DNA from: an uncultured Lentisphaerales bacterium
GTDB taxonomy: Bacteria; Verrucomicrobiota; Lentisphaeria; JABSQK01; UBA12247
Direction of reading: 5' to 3'
DNA length: 64,000 nt
Assembly: GCA_943788985.1 (NCBI GenBank)
Contig: CALSSJ010000010.1
Coordinates: forward strand, 256,001 to 320,000
Part shown: in pieces, positions 20,294 to 33,500 of the stretch
Layout of the letters: every line of letters begins with the position of its first letter
Position numbering within the stretch: the stretch's first letter is position 1
Position numbers and translations under genes: made by a program
The notes under the pieces: model-generated
What the model saw: the letters and a program-made list of their open reading frames with translations, nothing else
Database searches by the model: none
Told to the model about the DNA's origin: nothing

Positions 20294-21256
20294 GTGAAAT
20301 TTTGGAAGTTGGCTGCGGTTATTGTGCAGGGTGTTTTGCTGTGGCAGGCGCGCTCTCCGGTTGCAGTAGTTGTTCCGAGGGCCCCGGCCCAGGATTTGGA
20401 TCTTGTGGCGACCGTTGACGGGTTGGAGATTCGCCGTGTCGCGCTGACTTCCGAGATGGACCGGCGTTCGGCCCGGGGGAGAGGTCTTGGCCAAGGTGGT
20501 TGTCTTGGAAGAAATGCTGGACCGACTAAGTCTGGTCGCTGAGGCGCGAGGCCAGGGATTACATGAGTCGCCTGCTGTGCGGCGTGGATGTGAGAACGTG
20601 TTGATCGGGGTTCTGCGTGAGCGAACTCTGGACAAGGAGCTCGAGGCGGTCGTTGTCAGTGAGGGCGATTTGGCGGCCGAGTATGCGAAGAGCAAGGAAA
20701 AGTAGTTCGTTCCACCCCAGGTTCGCTTTGCTATCATGTTTCTTGGGATCTCTGACACTGCGACCGATGAGCCCCGTGCGGAAGTGTTTGTGCGTCTGAC
20801 CGAGCGGAGACTGCTGGCTTTTGCGGCTGCTGATGATGAGGTGCAGGGCTTTGGTAAACTGGCTCTTTGTTGCTCGGAAGATAAATTCAAGAGTTGTAAG
20901 ATGGAGACGCCGGATGGATGGACGCGTGCTACGGGTCGCGCTGGGGAGCGTCGGTGCTTGAGGAAGCATTTTTGCTTCGGGAAATCGGTGACGTGAGCCC
21001 GGTGCTGCAGCTTGAGACGGGGGTCTGTGTGATCAAGCTCTTACAGCGTCGTGGTGGAAACACCCGCCCGCTGTCGGAGGTCTCCGCGCAGCTGGCGCAC
21101 CAGCTGCGAATCTCAAAGCGCAGTGAAGTTGAGGCGACGTTTCGGCTGCGCGCTCGCCGAGAATCGACCATTTTAGTCCATGAAAAAGCTTTTGACGGTA
21201 GTGGAGGCGTACTTGAGGGCGGTGGGGCTTTCTCTAGGCCGCCAGGCTTACCCTGA
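20294..21256 (+). pseudogene. PpiC/parvulin-type peptidyl-prolyl isomerase (SurA/PrsA-like) pseudogene
   Basis: VATVDG.EI, EARGQGL...P.V, FGKLA..CSED, IGDVSPV and RPLSEV motifs split by frameshifts and an in-frame TAG (20703-20705). Confidence 0.7.
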
Positions 21257-21511
21257 CCTCTTCTCGCGCTTGCGCCTGGTGTCGCGGGTTACGGGGCGCG
21301 GGGTGACTCGCCTCCGATCCGGCCACGGCGTCCGGGCGAGAAAGGTAACTTTCTTTCGTCGCTCGCGATAGAAATCGCGAAGCAACCCCGTACTGAGTAC
21401 GTGTCAACCCGTATACATGCACCCGTCGCACCCGCGCGTGTACGTACACAGGGGCTTGGCCGGAACCTACCCACAACCAAACGCTTCCATAGTCGCACCC
21501 AAGGAGACCCC

Positions 21512-24500
21512 ATGAATCAACGCCCGATTCACAATCCCCGAATTACACCACTGCATCGCATCTTGAGTGCGTTCGTGGCCAGCCTGATGATGACCTTTCC
21601 GTTCTCGGTTTTCGCGAACGAGCTTCCGCAGGGCGGAAGCGTGACTGCCGGTGAGGCAACGATTGGGTCCGCTGGAAGTGCGATGAACATCAACCAGGCG
21701 TCTCAGCGTGCCATTATCGACTGGCAGTCATTCAGCGTCGGCCAGGCCAACGCAGTGTTTATCAATCAGCCATCTGCGACATCAGCATTGCTGTCCAGGG
21801 TGAACGGGGTCGACCCGTCCGTGATTCTGGGTACACTGCAAGCGAATGGCTCGCTGTACCTGTTGAATCCCAACGGTGTGATTTTCGGCGAGAATGCGAC
21901 CATTGATGTGGGCTCGATTCTAGCGTCGACGATGGACATGACCAACGATAACTTTCTTGCGGGGCGCGACGCGTTCGAGGGCAACAGTGATGCGACGATT
22001 GAGAACAGGGCCGATATTGCGGCACAGGACTTCGTGGCCTTTCTGGCCAAGAACATTGTGAACTCTGGCCGCATTCAGGCACCGCGAATCGCGATGTCTG
22101 CCGGGGTTGGCAGCTTGGAATTGGATCATGCATACGGCGGAGCAATCACGATCGACCTGCAGGGCGTGCAGGGCGACTTTGATAACTCTGGCGTGATTGA
22201 TGCCAGCAGCTTGGTCGATAGCTATGACGGTGGAGCGATTGTGATTCAGGGCGAGAATCTCAGCAATACCGGCTCGATTCTAGCGGATGCCAGTGGCAAC
22301 GGATCAAATGGTGGTGCGATCGAGTACAGTGCTGGCGGGAATGCAATTCATGAGGGCGTCATGAGTGCATCTTCAGCCCAGGGCAAGGGTGGTGCTATCT
22401 CCGTGACTGGCGAGAATGTGGGTGTCGCAGGGACTGTCGCAGCTGATGGGCTGGCAGATCCCCAGGGCGGCAACAACGGTGGCTACATTGAGTTTGCTTC
22501 AACCAACAATGCGGTATTCGCACCAACGGCCCGCGTGAGTGCAAAAGGCAACGGAGAGATTCGGATCAATCAGCCTGGCAGTGATGTCGCTGCTTTCGAG
22601 AAAACTGCGACCATTCTGTATGACGGCGCTAGCCTTGATGCTGGGACTGATGGTTTCCTTGAAGTCTCCGGCGGCGGTCTTTCGATCGGGCAAGTTTCCC
22701 TTACCGCCGGTCACATCTTGTTTGATCCGACGAAGATTACTTTTTCGGACCTGGGTGGCGCTATCGGCGATACCAATAACGGCGTGCCCGGAGGGAACGC
22801 ATTCAGCGGACCTGATTTTATCGAAGCATTCAACGAGGATGTCGGCGATGACGTGGTTTTTAACATCAACCCGGCTGGTAGCGGTGTGCTAAGCGCAGGC
22901 ACAATTGTTTCTGGTGCAACCATTACTTTTGAAGCTACAGATACAATCACGGTGGCCTCAGATTTTGACGTGCGCGCAACGACTGGCGCAGAGGATGTTA
23001 GTGTGATTCTGCGAACGGGATCCGACGCTGGAGACGGGATTTTTGTAAATGCACTATTGACGCTGGACGACACTGCCGTACTTGAGTTGAGCGGCTATGA
23101 AGTGGACATCAATGACACAGTTACTGCTGGCGTCGTCAATATCGTAGCTGATACCGATGTCGATTCCACTGGCGGATCGATCGCTGCAAATACTTTGAGT
23201 GTTCTTTCGGGCGAAGATATTGCGCTTAATACCGATATTCGCGACTCTGTTACGCTGATCAGCAATGGCGTTGCTGGAAACAATGATATTGCAATCACGA
23301 ATACTAGCACTTCCCAAGACGCAACAACCTTCGTTGCGCGGGCTTTCGGTGCCAATTCCGATATCGCTATCATCCAGGCGGGTGGCGGCGACGGCGCGAT
23401 TATTGAAAGCGCAGTTACCACGGATGGTACGATTTCGTTGACTGGTACCGCGAATGACCTTGTTGCTCAGCAAGTCACTGCCGGTGGCAGCAATAATATT
23501 TCATTGACTACGACTGGCGGCGGAGACTTGTCCGTTGGTGAAATTGCTGCGCTCGGCGCGACCGTGACAGTTCAAGCTGACGGCGCTGTGTTTACTCCGA
23601 ACAGCGACTTAATTAATGTAGCCGCCGATGCCCTTGTAATTATTGACGCTGATAGCGTTGGCTCGATCGATCAAGCGCTCAACACCAGTGTGATCACACT
23701 CGCGGGGACTGCGATTGACGGCGATCTACACATTGCGGATGCGGGTGTCCTGTTGACGGTTGGGACGGTCACTGACTTTGGTGGGACTGCCCGGGCTGGC
23801 CTGGTCACAACTATTGGCGATATCTATATCAGTGGCGAAAATGTGACGGTGAGTCAGCGGTTGGCCTCGTCATTTGGTGATATTAATTTGGACATCGCCA
23901 ACGACCTGACAGTTGAGGCTGCGATTCAGACGGCTGGTGGCAACCTCTCCGTAGATATCGGGCGCCATGTGACCTTTGAACCTGGCGGTTCGGCTTCTGC
24001 CCGCGAGCTGGTCGTTGACGTGGGCGGCTCAATTTCCGCCGACGGCATCACTGGCACCAATGAACTCATCGGCGCTACATCTGTTGACATTGTCCGGGCC
24101 GACATTCTCGAGGATGTGACGATTAGTTCGCCTGACCTCTGGATTCGGCAGGCCAATACGGTCTCGATTCAGGTGCCGAGCCCAAATATCCGCCAGATTT
24201 TTGCCACCGGCGACATTACGATCGCCGTGAGTAGTGATGAGTTGAGAATTGGAGAAATTCGTACTGGGGCTGAGGTGATTATCAACGCCCAGGGAAATAC
24301 GGATATTGCCGGAATTGGCGACGCCAATACCACCATTCAGGCCCAAAGCTTGCAAATTACTACCGCGGGCCAGATCGACATTCACGCTAACGTGAATGAG
24401 GCAGTCTTCAACGATATTCGGGAGAGTCCAACTAATCTGGGCACCCCGATCCCGGGCGTAATTTTCCGCAATGAAGGAAATCTCGACCTAACTTTCACAG

Positions 24501-27500
24501 ATGTTCAAAGTGAAGCCGGAATTCTCGTAGATAACGTCGGCACACTGACAGTGAATGCGAGCACTGGCACAATCGACGCGCGCGACATTGATCTTCGGGC
24601 GACAGATACGATTACGCTGGCTGGCAACCATACCCTGGCTGCAGGCGAGCAGTTTCTGGTTAGGTCATCAAGCGGAGACGTGATCCTCAACGATGGCGTG
24701 ACGATTACCACAAGTGCTGCCGCTTCGACAACCGATGAGTTGGTTCGCTTGGCTGCTGCTGGCGACGCCGTCCTCGAAGGCACTTTTGCGACGACGAACC
24801 ACAACAGTCGGATTACAGCTGACGGCGGCATTCATCTAGGTGGAAACATTACTGCCACAGCAGCTGAGACCGTCATTCTCGAAGCTGGTGCAGCGATCAC
24901 TGATGATGCGGATATCGCAACCCAAATCACAGCTGGCACGCTGAGTATTCTGGACGCGAACGGGGTTGGCAGCATCGCGAATCCGATTAATACCACGGTC
25001 GACACGCTGTCCATCATTGGGGCAGCGAACGAGGCGGTCGTCAGTGGTGAAACGCACGTGCGCCAGACGCAGGACATCACCGTCGATAACGTCGAGACGG
25101 TGAATGGCTCCTTCTTCCTTACTACCGAGGACAGCGTTGCTGGAACGACTGCCAGCGTACTGGTCGAATCGATTGATGTAGGCAACGCAGCGGTCGGCAT
25201 TACCGCAGACGGTAGCATCGCGACATCTACGGCTCTCGTTAGCGGCCTGATTCGCGGCGCGGACTTGACCCTGACGACCAATGTCCCAGATGCGCTGGAA
25301 GGCAGCATCACTGTGGCGACGGAGATCACGGGATCGACCATCGTGGCCACCACAGGCGCAGTGGGTGGCACTACCGGTGACGTCGATAACATCACCATTT
25401 CCAATTCTAGCACGTCCGATACGACGATCATCGCCGAAGCGTTTGGCGAACGTGCGAACATCACACTTTCGCAGACTAACGGTGGCTTGATTGTCGAACG
25501 TGCGACGACCGCCAACGGTACCATTGGGATCACCGGCATTGATGCGAACATCCTGGCTGATGAAGTAACCGCGGGCGGAGCTACCAGCATTTCGCTGACC
25601 ACACAAAACAGCGGTGACATCGCGCTCGGCGCAGTGAGCGTAGCCGGCGGTGAGGTGGAGCTGACCGCTGTCGGCAGTGTGACGGATGCTGGAGCAGCTA
25701 CGAATGTGACCGCGGAGACTCTGACCATCGCTGGTGCTGTCAATGTGGGTGCCGAGGACGACGTGATCAGCACGGCTGTCGATTCGGTCCGAACTACAAC
25801 AACAATCACGGGCGATCTGCACATTGCTGATGCAGATGCGCTCACAATTTCCGCAGTCAGCGCTGCTGGGAACATTGGTATTAGTGCACAAGGAACCGTT
25901 GGCGTAACCGCGGCCGTAACGAGTACGGCTGGGAACATCGCGATCGCTGGTACCAGCCCGGGCGCGGACGTATTAGTCGAAGGTGTCGTGACATCCAACT
26001 TGGGTAACATCACAGTTATGAGCGCGAACAACCTGACGGTTGATGATGGCGGCCGTCTCGCAACCAACATCGGTAGAATCGAAATCAGCAGTGGTGCGGA
26101 CATGACGCTCACTGGCGCTGGCACCAATGTAGTTGCCACGAACGGGGACATCGACTTTACAGTTGGTGGTGAGTTCCTCACTGAAATTGGTACAGTTGGC
26201 CTGAGCACGACAAGCAGCCGCAGCACCATCACAGGTACGGTCAATGGTTCCATGGATCTGGCTGCTGGCGCAATCGGCGCTGGCGCCGGGACGGTCCGTC
26301 TGGACGTCTTGGGAAACATTACTGGCGACGACATTGCAGGTACGAACGAAATCGACGGTGGTGTGCTGATCATTGACCACGTTGAGCATCTGGACGGGAT
26401 TAAGACCGGCGTTGCGGAACTAACCGTGAAAAACTCTGATCTGATAAACATCCAAGTCGCGTCAATAGCGATCCCGCTTTTGAACGCTACCGACGATATC
26501 ACGATCGTCACCACCGGTAATGAAGTCGAATTGGGCAACGTGACCACCAATGCCACGCTTTCGATCAGCGACAGCGGTGTGCCGGATGCGGATATCGTCA
26601 GCATCGGCGGCGCACAGAACAGCACCGTGCAGGCGCGCACGCTGGAGATCTTTAACGTCGGCCAAGTGGACGTCGAAGCAAACGTCAATGTTGCCACGTT
26701 CTCGAACATTACCGAGAGCCCGACAACACTTGGTGGCGCTGCTATCCCAGGTGTACTTTTCCGCAACGAGGGCAATCTGACTCTGACACTGCGTGACATC
26801 GCCAGCGACAACGGGGTCCTGGTTGAAAACGTCGGTCAGCTGACTCTTAATTCGCTCGGAGGCACCATTGACCTGCCGGATGTGGACTTGCGTGCTACCG
26901 GAGATGTTACAGTGAATGGCGACCACACCCTGCAGGTAGGCGAGACTCTATCGCTGACATCCCATACAGGTGACGTGACGCTGACAGGCGGTACGATTAC
27001 GGTCAGCTCCGCCGCCGTGACAACGAGCAATTTGCTCGACATTAGCGCTGGTGCTAATGCGACTCTTGGCAGTGTCTTGAACTCAACCAACGCAAATGTC
27101 AGCATCACCGCGGGCGATGGGATCGCCTTGAATTCCGACATTACCACGACGGCGGGGACCGAGACTGTGACCCTCTCCGCGGGCGATCGGATCAGCGATG
27201 ATGGCAACAGTGCTACCGATGTCTCTGCGGGTACCCTTAGCATCCTTGCCGCGGATGGTATTGGCACGGCTGCTGCAGCTGTAAACACTGACGTCACCAC
27301 ACTGTCCATCATCGATGGTGCCAGCAATGCCGTTGTTACTGGCGATACTTACGTCCGGCAGGTTCGCGACATCGTGGTGGAGAACGTCGAGACCGTCAAT
27401 GGTAATTTCAACTTGACTACCGAAGACAGCGTTGCGGGTACGACCGCTAGTATCACGGTTAAGTCCTTAGACGTTGGTACTGCAGCCGTGAGCCTTACTG

Positions 27501-30500
27501 CCGATGGCACAATCGCGACCGCTACTGGCGGCACAACAGGCCTGATCCGCGGTGCAGATCTCACCCTGACCACGAATGTCCCGGACGCGCTGGATGGCAG
27601 CATCGAAGTAGCAACTGAGATCACTGGTTCGACGATTATTGCCACTACTGGCGCAACCGGAGGGACCACCGGTGACGTGGACCACATCACAATCGCCAAC
27701 TCCAGCACCAATGACACAACTATCGTTGCCGATGCCTTTGGCGAACGCGCAAACATCACGCTCTCGCAGACTAACGGTGGGCTGGTTGTGGAACGTGCCA
27801 CGACCGCCAACGGTGCCATCGGGATCACTGGCATTGATGCGAACATCTTGGCTGATGAAATTACTGCCGGTGGCGCTACTAGTATTTCATTGGTCACTCA
27901 AAACAGCGGTGACATTGCACTTGGGGCAGTGGGCGTTGCAGGCGGTACCGTAATACTAAATGCAGTAGGTAGCGTATCGGACGCAGGCGCGGGCACGAAT
28001 ATCACGGCAGAGACATTGACCATCGCTGGTGCAGTGAATGTTGGTTCTGAGGACGACGTGATCAGCACAGCAGTGGACTCCGTGCAAACCACTACTGCTG
28101 TTACTGGCGACCTGCACATTACTGATGCAGACGCGCTCATCATTGCCGATGTAGAAGCAGCCGGAAACATTGGAATTAGTGCTCAGGGTACCGTTGGCGT
28201 AACTGCAGCAGTCACCAGTACTGGCGGAAATGTGGCGATTGCCGGAACTGCCCCTGCCTCTGACCTTCTGGTCGAGGGCGCAGTGACCGCAAGCCTTGGC
28301 AACATCACCGTTTCTGCTGTTGATGAGTTGACCATTGATGATGGTGGTAGCCTCAGCACTAATCTCGGTACAGTCGACCTCAATAGCGGTTCTGACATGA
28401 CGCTGACCGCCGCCGGCAGTAACGTTGTTGCCACGAATGGTGACATCAACTTCACGGTCGGCGGAGACTTCCTTACCGAACTCGGTTCCAATGGCTTGGT
28501 TACCCAGAACGGCAGGAGCACAATCAATGGTACCGTTGCCGGCAATATGGACCTAGCACCGAGCGCCATCGCCGCTGGCGCTGGCACCGTTCGCTTGGAC
28601 GTCCTGGGCAATATCAGCGGTGACAACCTCCCAGGCACCAACGAGATTGATGGCGGCGTGCTGATCGTTGAGCAAGTCGAGCACTTGGACGGCATCAAGA
28701 CTGGTGTCAGTGAACTGACAGTTAAGCAAGCCGACCTGATTAACATCCAAGTTGCCTCGATTGCTATTCCATTGCTGAACGCAACTGATGATATTACGAT
28801 CGTCACTACTGGAAACGAAGTCTCGCTTGGAACAGTGACAACAAATGCCACTCTTTCTATTCGCGACAACGGCGTATTCGATGCAGACATTGGCAGTATC
28901 GACGGTGCCCAGAATACGACCATCCAGGCGCGTACTCTCCAGATTTCCGATGTCGGTCAGGTCGACCTCGAAGCAAATGTCGATATCGCAATTTTTGATA
29001 ACGTGACCGAAAGCCCGACTACTGTCGGTGGCGGCGGAATTCCTGGCGTAATTTTCCGCAACGAAGGCGACCTGACCTTGACGCTACGAGACATCGCCAG
29101 CGACAATGGCGCGCTGGTCGAGAATGTTGGGCAACTCACCCTGCTGTCGGCATCAGGTACAATCGACCTGCCAGACGTCGAGCTACGTTCGACCGACAGC
29201 ATTGCCATTAACGGCGATCAGACCTTTCAAGCCGGCGAGGTGTTTACGGTCGTATCCGATACGGGTGACATCACTGCATCCGGTGGGACCATCACGGTTG
29301 GCGCTGCTGCTGCAACTGCCACCAATCTGATCGACTTCACGGCTGGTGCTGATGCAGACCTGAGCAGCGTGCTAAGTTCCACCAACGGCGGGATCAGCGC
29401 AGCCGCCGGTAACAGCATCAGGCTGAATTCTGACATCACGACCTCCGCTGGCACCGAGACAGTTACGCTCGCAGCCGGGGGCCAGATCGTAGACGATGCG
29501 AACAACGCGACCGACATTTCCACAGGCACCCTGAGCATCCTTGACGCGAATGGCATTGGTACGCTGGCAGCCCCAGTCAACACCGACATTACCACGCTTT
29601 CAATCACGGACGCCGCGGGCAATGCTGCGGTTACCGGTGATACGCACATTCGCCAGATTCGTGACATCACGCTGGCTCCAGTCGAGACTGTCAACGGCAA
29701 CTTTAACTTGACCACCGAAGACGGCGATGCCGGAACTACTGCCAGTATCAGCGTTGAATCTTTGGACGTAGGCACTGCTGCGGTTAATCTGAATGCTGAT
29801 GGTAGCATCGCGACGATAATTGGCGGCACGACTGGCCTGATTCGCGGCTCCGATTTGACCTTGACCACTCAGGTCGAGAATGCATTGGACGGGAGCATTA
29901 CCGTGGCAACGGAAGTTACTGGCTCTACGATCATCGCCACGACAGGTGACGCTGCTGACAACAACTTTGGCCAGAACGACGACATCACGATCGCCAACTC
30001 CTCCGCAATCGATACGACGCTCGTAGCAAACGCCTACGGAGAAGGTGCGGACGTCACTGTCACTCAGACGAACGGTGGTCTGACTGTACAATCCATCAGC
30101 ACTGAGAATGGCGCGATCAGCGTGACTGGCGTCGACGCCGACTTGACCATCGATGAAGTTACCGCAGGCGGTACCAACGATGTGACTCTCGCGACGCAGA
30201 ATAGCGGAAACATTGGCCTCGGCGCAGTGACTGCTGGTGACGATAGCGTAATCATCAACACTGTGGGCGACGTGTTCGACCACGGTGCTGGGGTCAACGT
30301 CACAGCCGCCACTCTGAACATTCAAGCGGCTCGCAATGTCGGAACGTCTGTAGATGACATCACAACGGCAATTGACACGTTGACTGCCGCAGGAGTGACT
30401 GGCGCTTTGAACGTGACTGACGAAGACGCCCTGGCGATTGGGGCTCTCAGCGTGGCGGACGACATCAATATCGCTGCTGCCGGTGTGCTGACTGTGAACG

Positions 30501-33500
30501 GAAATGGCGCGATTGGTAATAGCGTAACGAGTAGCGGTGGTAGCATCTCCCTTGCGGCCACCGCACTTGGTGCAGAGGTCTCCATTCTTGATGGCGTATC
30601 TGCCATGGGTAACATTAGTATCGCTACCTTGAACGATCTGACCATTGACAACTTTGGCCAGGTCACGTCAACTGCTGGTGATATCGATCTCACCGCTGGC
30701 GCCAACATGGTTCTGACCGCAGACGGCCTCGTTAATGTCCGGACAACAATTGGCACTATCACCTTTACTTCAGGTAACGACGTCACCGTGGAACCGGGCG
30801 TGAATACTGGTTTCAGCACCACAAGCGCTGCGAGCGTAATTCGCGGTAACGTTGGCGGAAACTTGGACTTGGCCTCGGATTCAATTGCGGCTGGTGCGGG
30901 CCTCGTCCGACTTGACGTGAATGGCAACATCTTTGGCGATACCATCTACGGCACAAACGAAATCGCTGGTGGCGAGTTGATCATCGACCACGTCGATGAG
31001 GTCTCCGGGGTTAAGCTTTCAGGCGTTAGTCACGTAACGATCCTAGATGCTGACATCGTAGAGATCCAAGTTGCCAGCACGAATCTAGACTACATCAACG
31101 CGGTCGATGACATTTCGATCGACGTACGTGGAAACGAGCTTGGCATCGGCCAGTTTTATAGCAATGCTGAGGTCATCATCGTTGGTGCCGGGCAGGTCAA
31201 CGTAGGCAGTCTCGGCGGCGCGCAGAATACCACCATTCAGGCGCAATCGCTGCAGATTACCAATGTCGGCCAGATTGACCTTGAGGCCAACGTGGACGAA
31301 GCCATCTTCACCACCGTTACCGAGAGCCCCTTGGGCCCCGGTGGGACACCAATCCCCGGCGTTATTTTCCGTAACGAGGGTAACCTCACCCTGACTCTTA
31401 CAGATATCTCCAGTGACAATGGTGTCCTTGTTGAGAATGTCGGTACGCTTGAGATTCGGGAGGGAACTGGCACGCTGGGTCTCCCAGACGTCACGTTGCG
31501 TGCGACTGACTCCATCACTGTGGCCACTGATCTGACCTTTGACACTGGTGAGGCACTCGACTTTTCCTCCGTCAGCGGCGGCATCGCCGTGAATGACGGT
31601 CTTACCGTTACTACGACCGGCACCGGTACACAGACATTGAATGCGGGCGACGACATTACGTTGGAAGGCGATCTTGTCAGTGATACCGGCACGATCGGTG
31701 TGACCGCCGGATCCGGAATCTCACTGGGTGGCAATGTCACCTCCAACCAGACTGTTCAACTCAGCGCTGGAACTGGCATCAATGATGACGGCGATAGCAA
31801 CACTGACATCAGCGCTAACCTGCTGGTCATCAACGATGCCGCGCACGTAGGTACCAGCGGCATTCCTGTTGACACAGACGTCGCAACCCTCGAAATCGTC
31901 AGCGCCACGGGGACCAACAACCCAGGTGTTGCAGGCGACACTTGGGTCCTTGAAGCCGACGACATCACTCTCAGCAATATCGTTGCTGACGGTTCAGTTT
32001 CCGTCGAAACTGCTGACCCGAACGGAGGCTCAATCACTGCCACGCGCATTGTCACGACCAACGATGATGTAACCTTGACTGCTGACGGTTCCGTGACAGT
32101 CGGCGAAATCCGCGCTGGCACAGCAACGGCCACGGTTTCCGCAATCGGTGGCGGCATTCTTGATGACGCCACCGTTGCAGCGGTAACCGCAGATACGGTG
32201 GTTCTGGAAGCCGCTACTGCTATCGGTCTTGGCGATGCAGTCGAGACAGATGCGAATATCTTGCGTGCAAGCGCTGGCACCAGCATTGACATTGCTGAGC
32301 AAAGCGGCGTGGAACTCCAAGACGTTATCGCCGGTGACGGACCGATTACCATCAGCACCAACGGTGATACCACTGCCACTAGTGTACGAATCTTTACCAA
32401 TGCCGATGGCGGCGATATCGACCTAACCGTGAACACTGGTGATTTGGAAGTCGACAGTGTCAATGCCAACACGCTGGGCGATGTATCCCTTTCTCTTGGC
32501 GCCGGCTCAGTCACCGACGTCGATGGTGACAGCGCAATCAGTGCTGCTGACCTGTCCATCAACGTAGTTGGCGGCAGCATCGGTACTCGCGAGCTGGCGA
32601 TCAACACTGCCGCCACCCGCTACCTCGACATCGACACGGTCGCAGGTGACATCAACCTGAACGAAGCTGATGCTGTCGAAGTCGCCGGACTGAATACCAC
32701 CGCTTCCGGCAACATCTGGCTGCAAGCTGGCAACAGCATCACGCAGACTCAGGGAACACAGATCTCTGCTGGTACTGTCGGGAACACAAACGACGGCGAT
32801 ATCACTCTCATTACACTGGCTGGCGACGTACTGCTCGAAGACGTCTACGCCGACCTCGACTCCGTCACAGTCAACGCCTTCCGCGGTATCAACCAGACCG
32901 ACGACGACGCAAACGGCCGAGATCACGGCATCCAACGTAACACTGACCGCTGCCGAAGAGATCGCGGGCGACACGGTCAATACCCAGGAGTTGGACCTAT
33001 CCGCCACTAACATCAGTGCTACCACGACCGCTGCCGATGGCTTCATTAATATTGATAACAGCCACGTACTTGACACAGTCGTCAGCCTGAGCACCACAGG
33101 AAATGGCGCAGACGAGTCCATTACCTTCGAAATGCTCGGCGGGGGTAACCTGACCGTCGATTCCGCAACCACGGTTGATGGTGACATCAACATCCTCGGA
33201 ACATCTGCCGATGTGACTGTCGTAAGCGCCAACGCTGGCGGAGACAATAACATCGACGTTGCCACCACTGGCAGCAACGACGTCTTCGTTGGCGATGTCG
33301 AAGCCCTCGGCAACACCATTACGATCAACTCCTCCGCATCGATCGAAGAATTTGGCAACGACGTGGATCCGGACCTGACTGCGGCTAATCTGAACTTGGA
33401 TGCAGTTGCAGGCATCGGCAACGATGCAACTCTCGAAACCGCCGCCCAGAACATTGCCGTTGACAGCAGCGCTGGCGGCGAGAGCATCGACATTGAGAAC

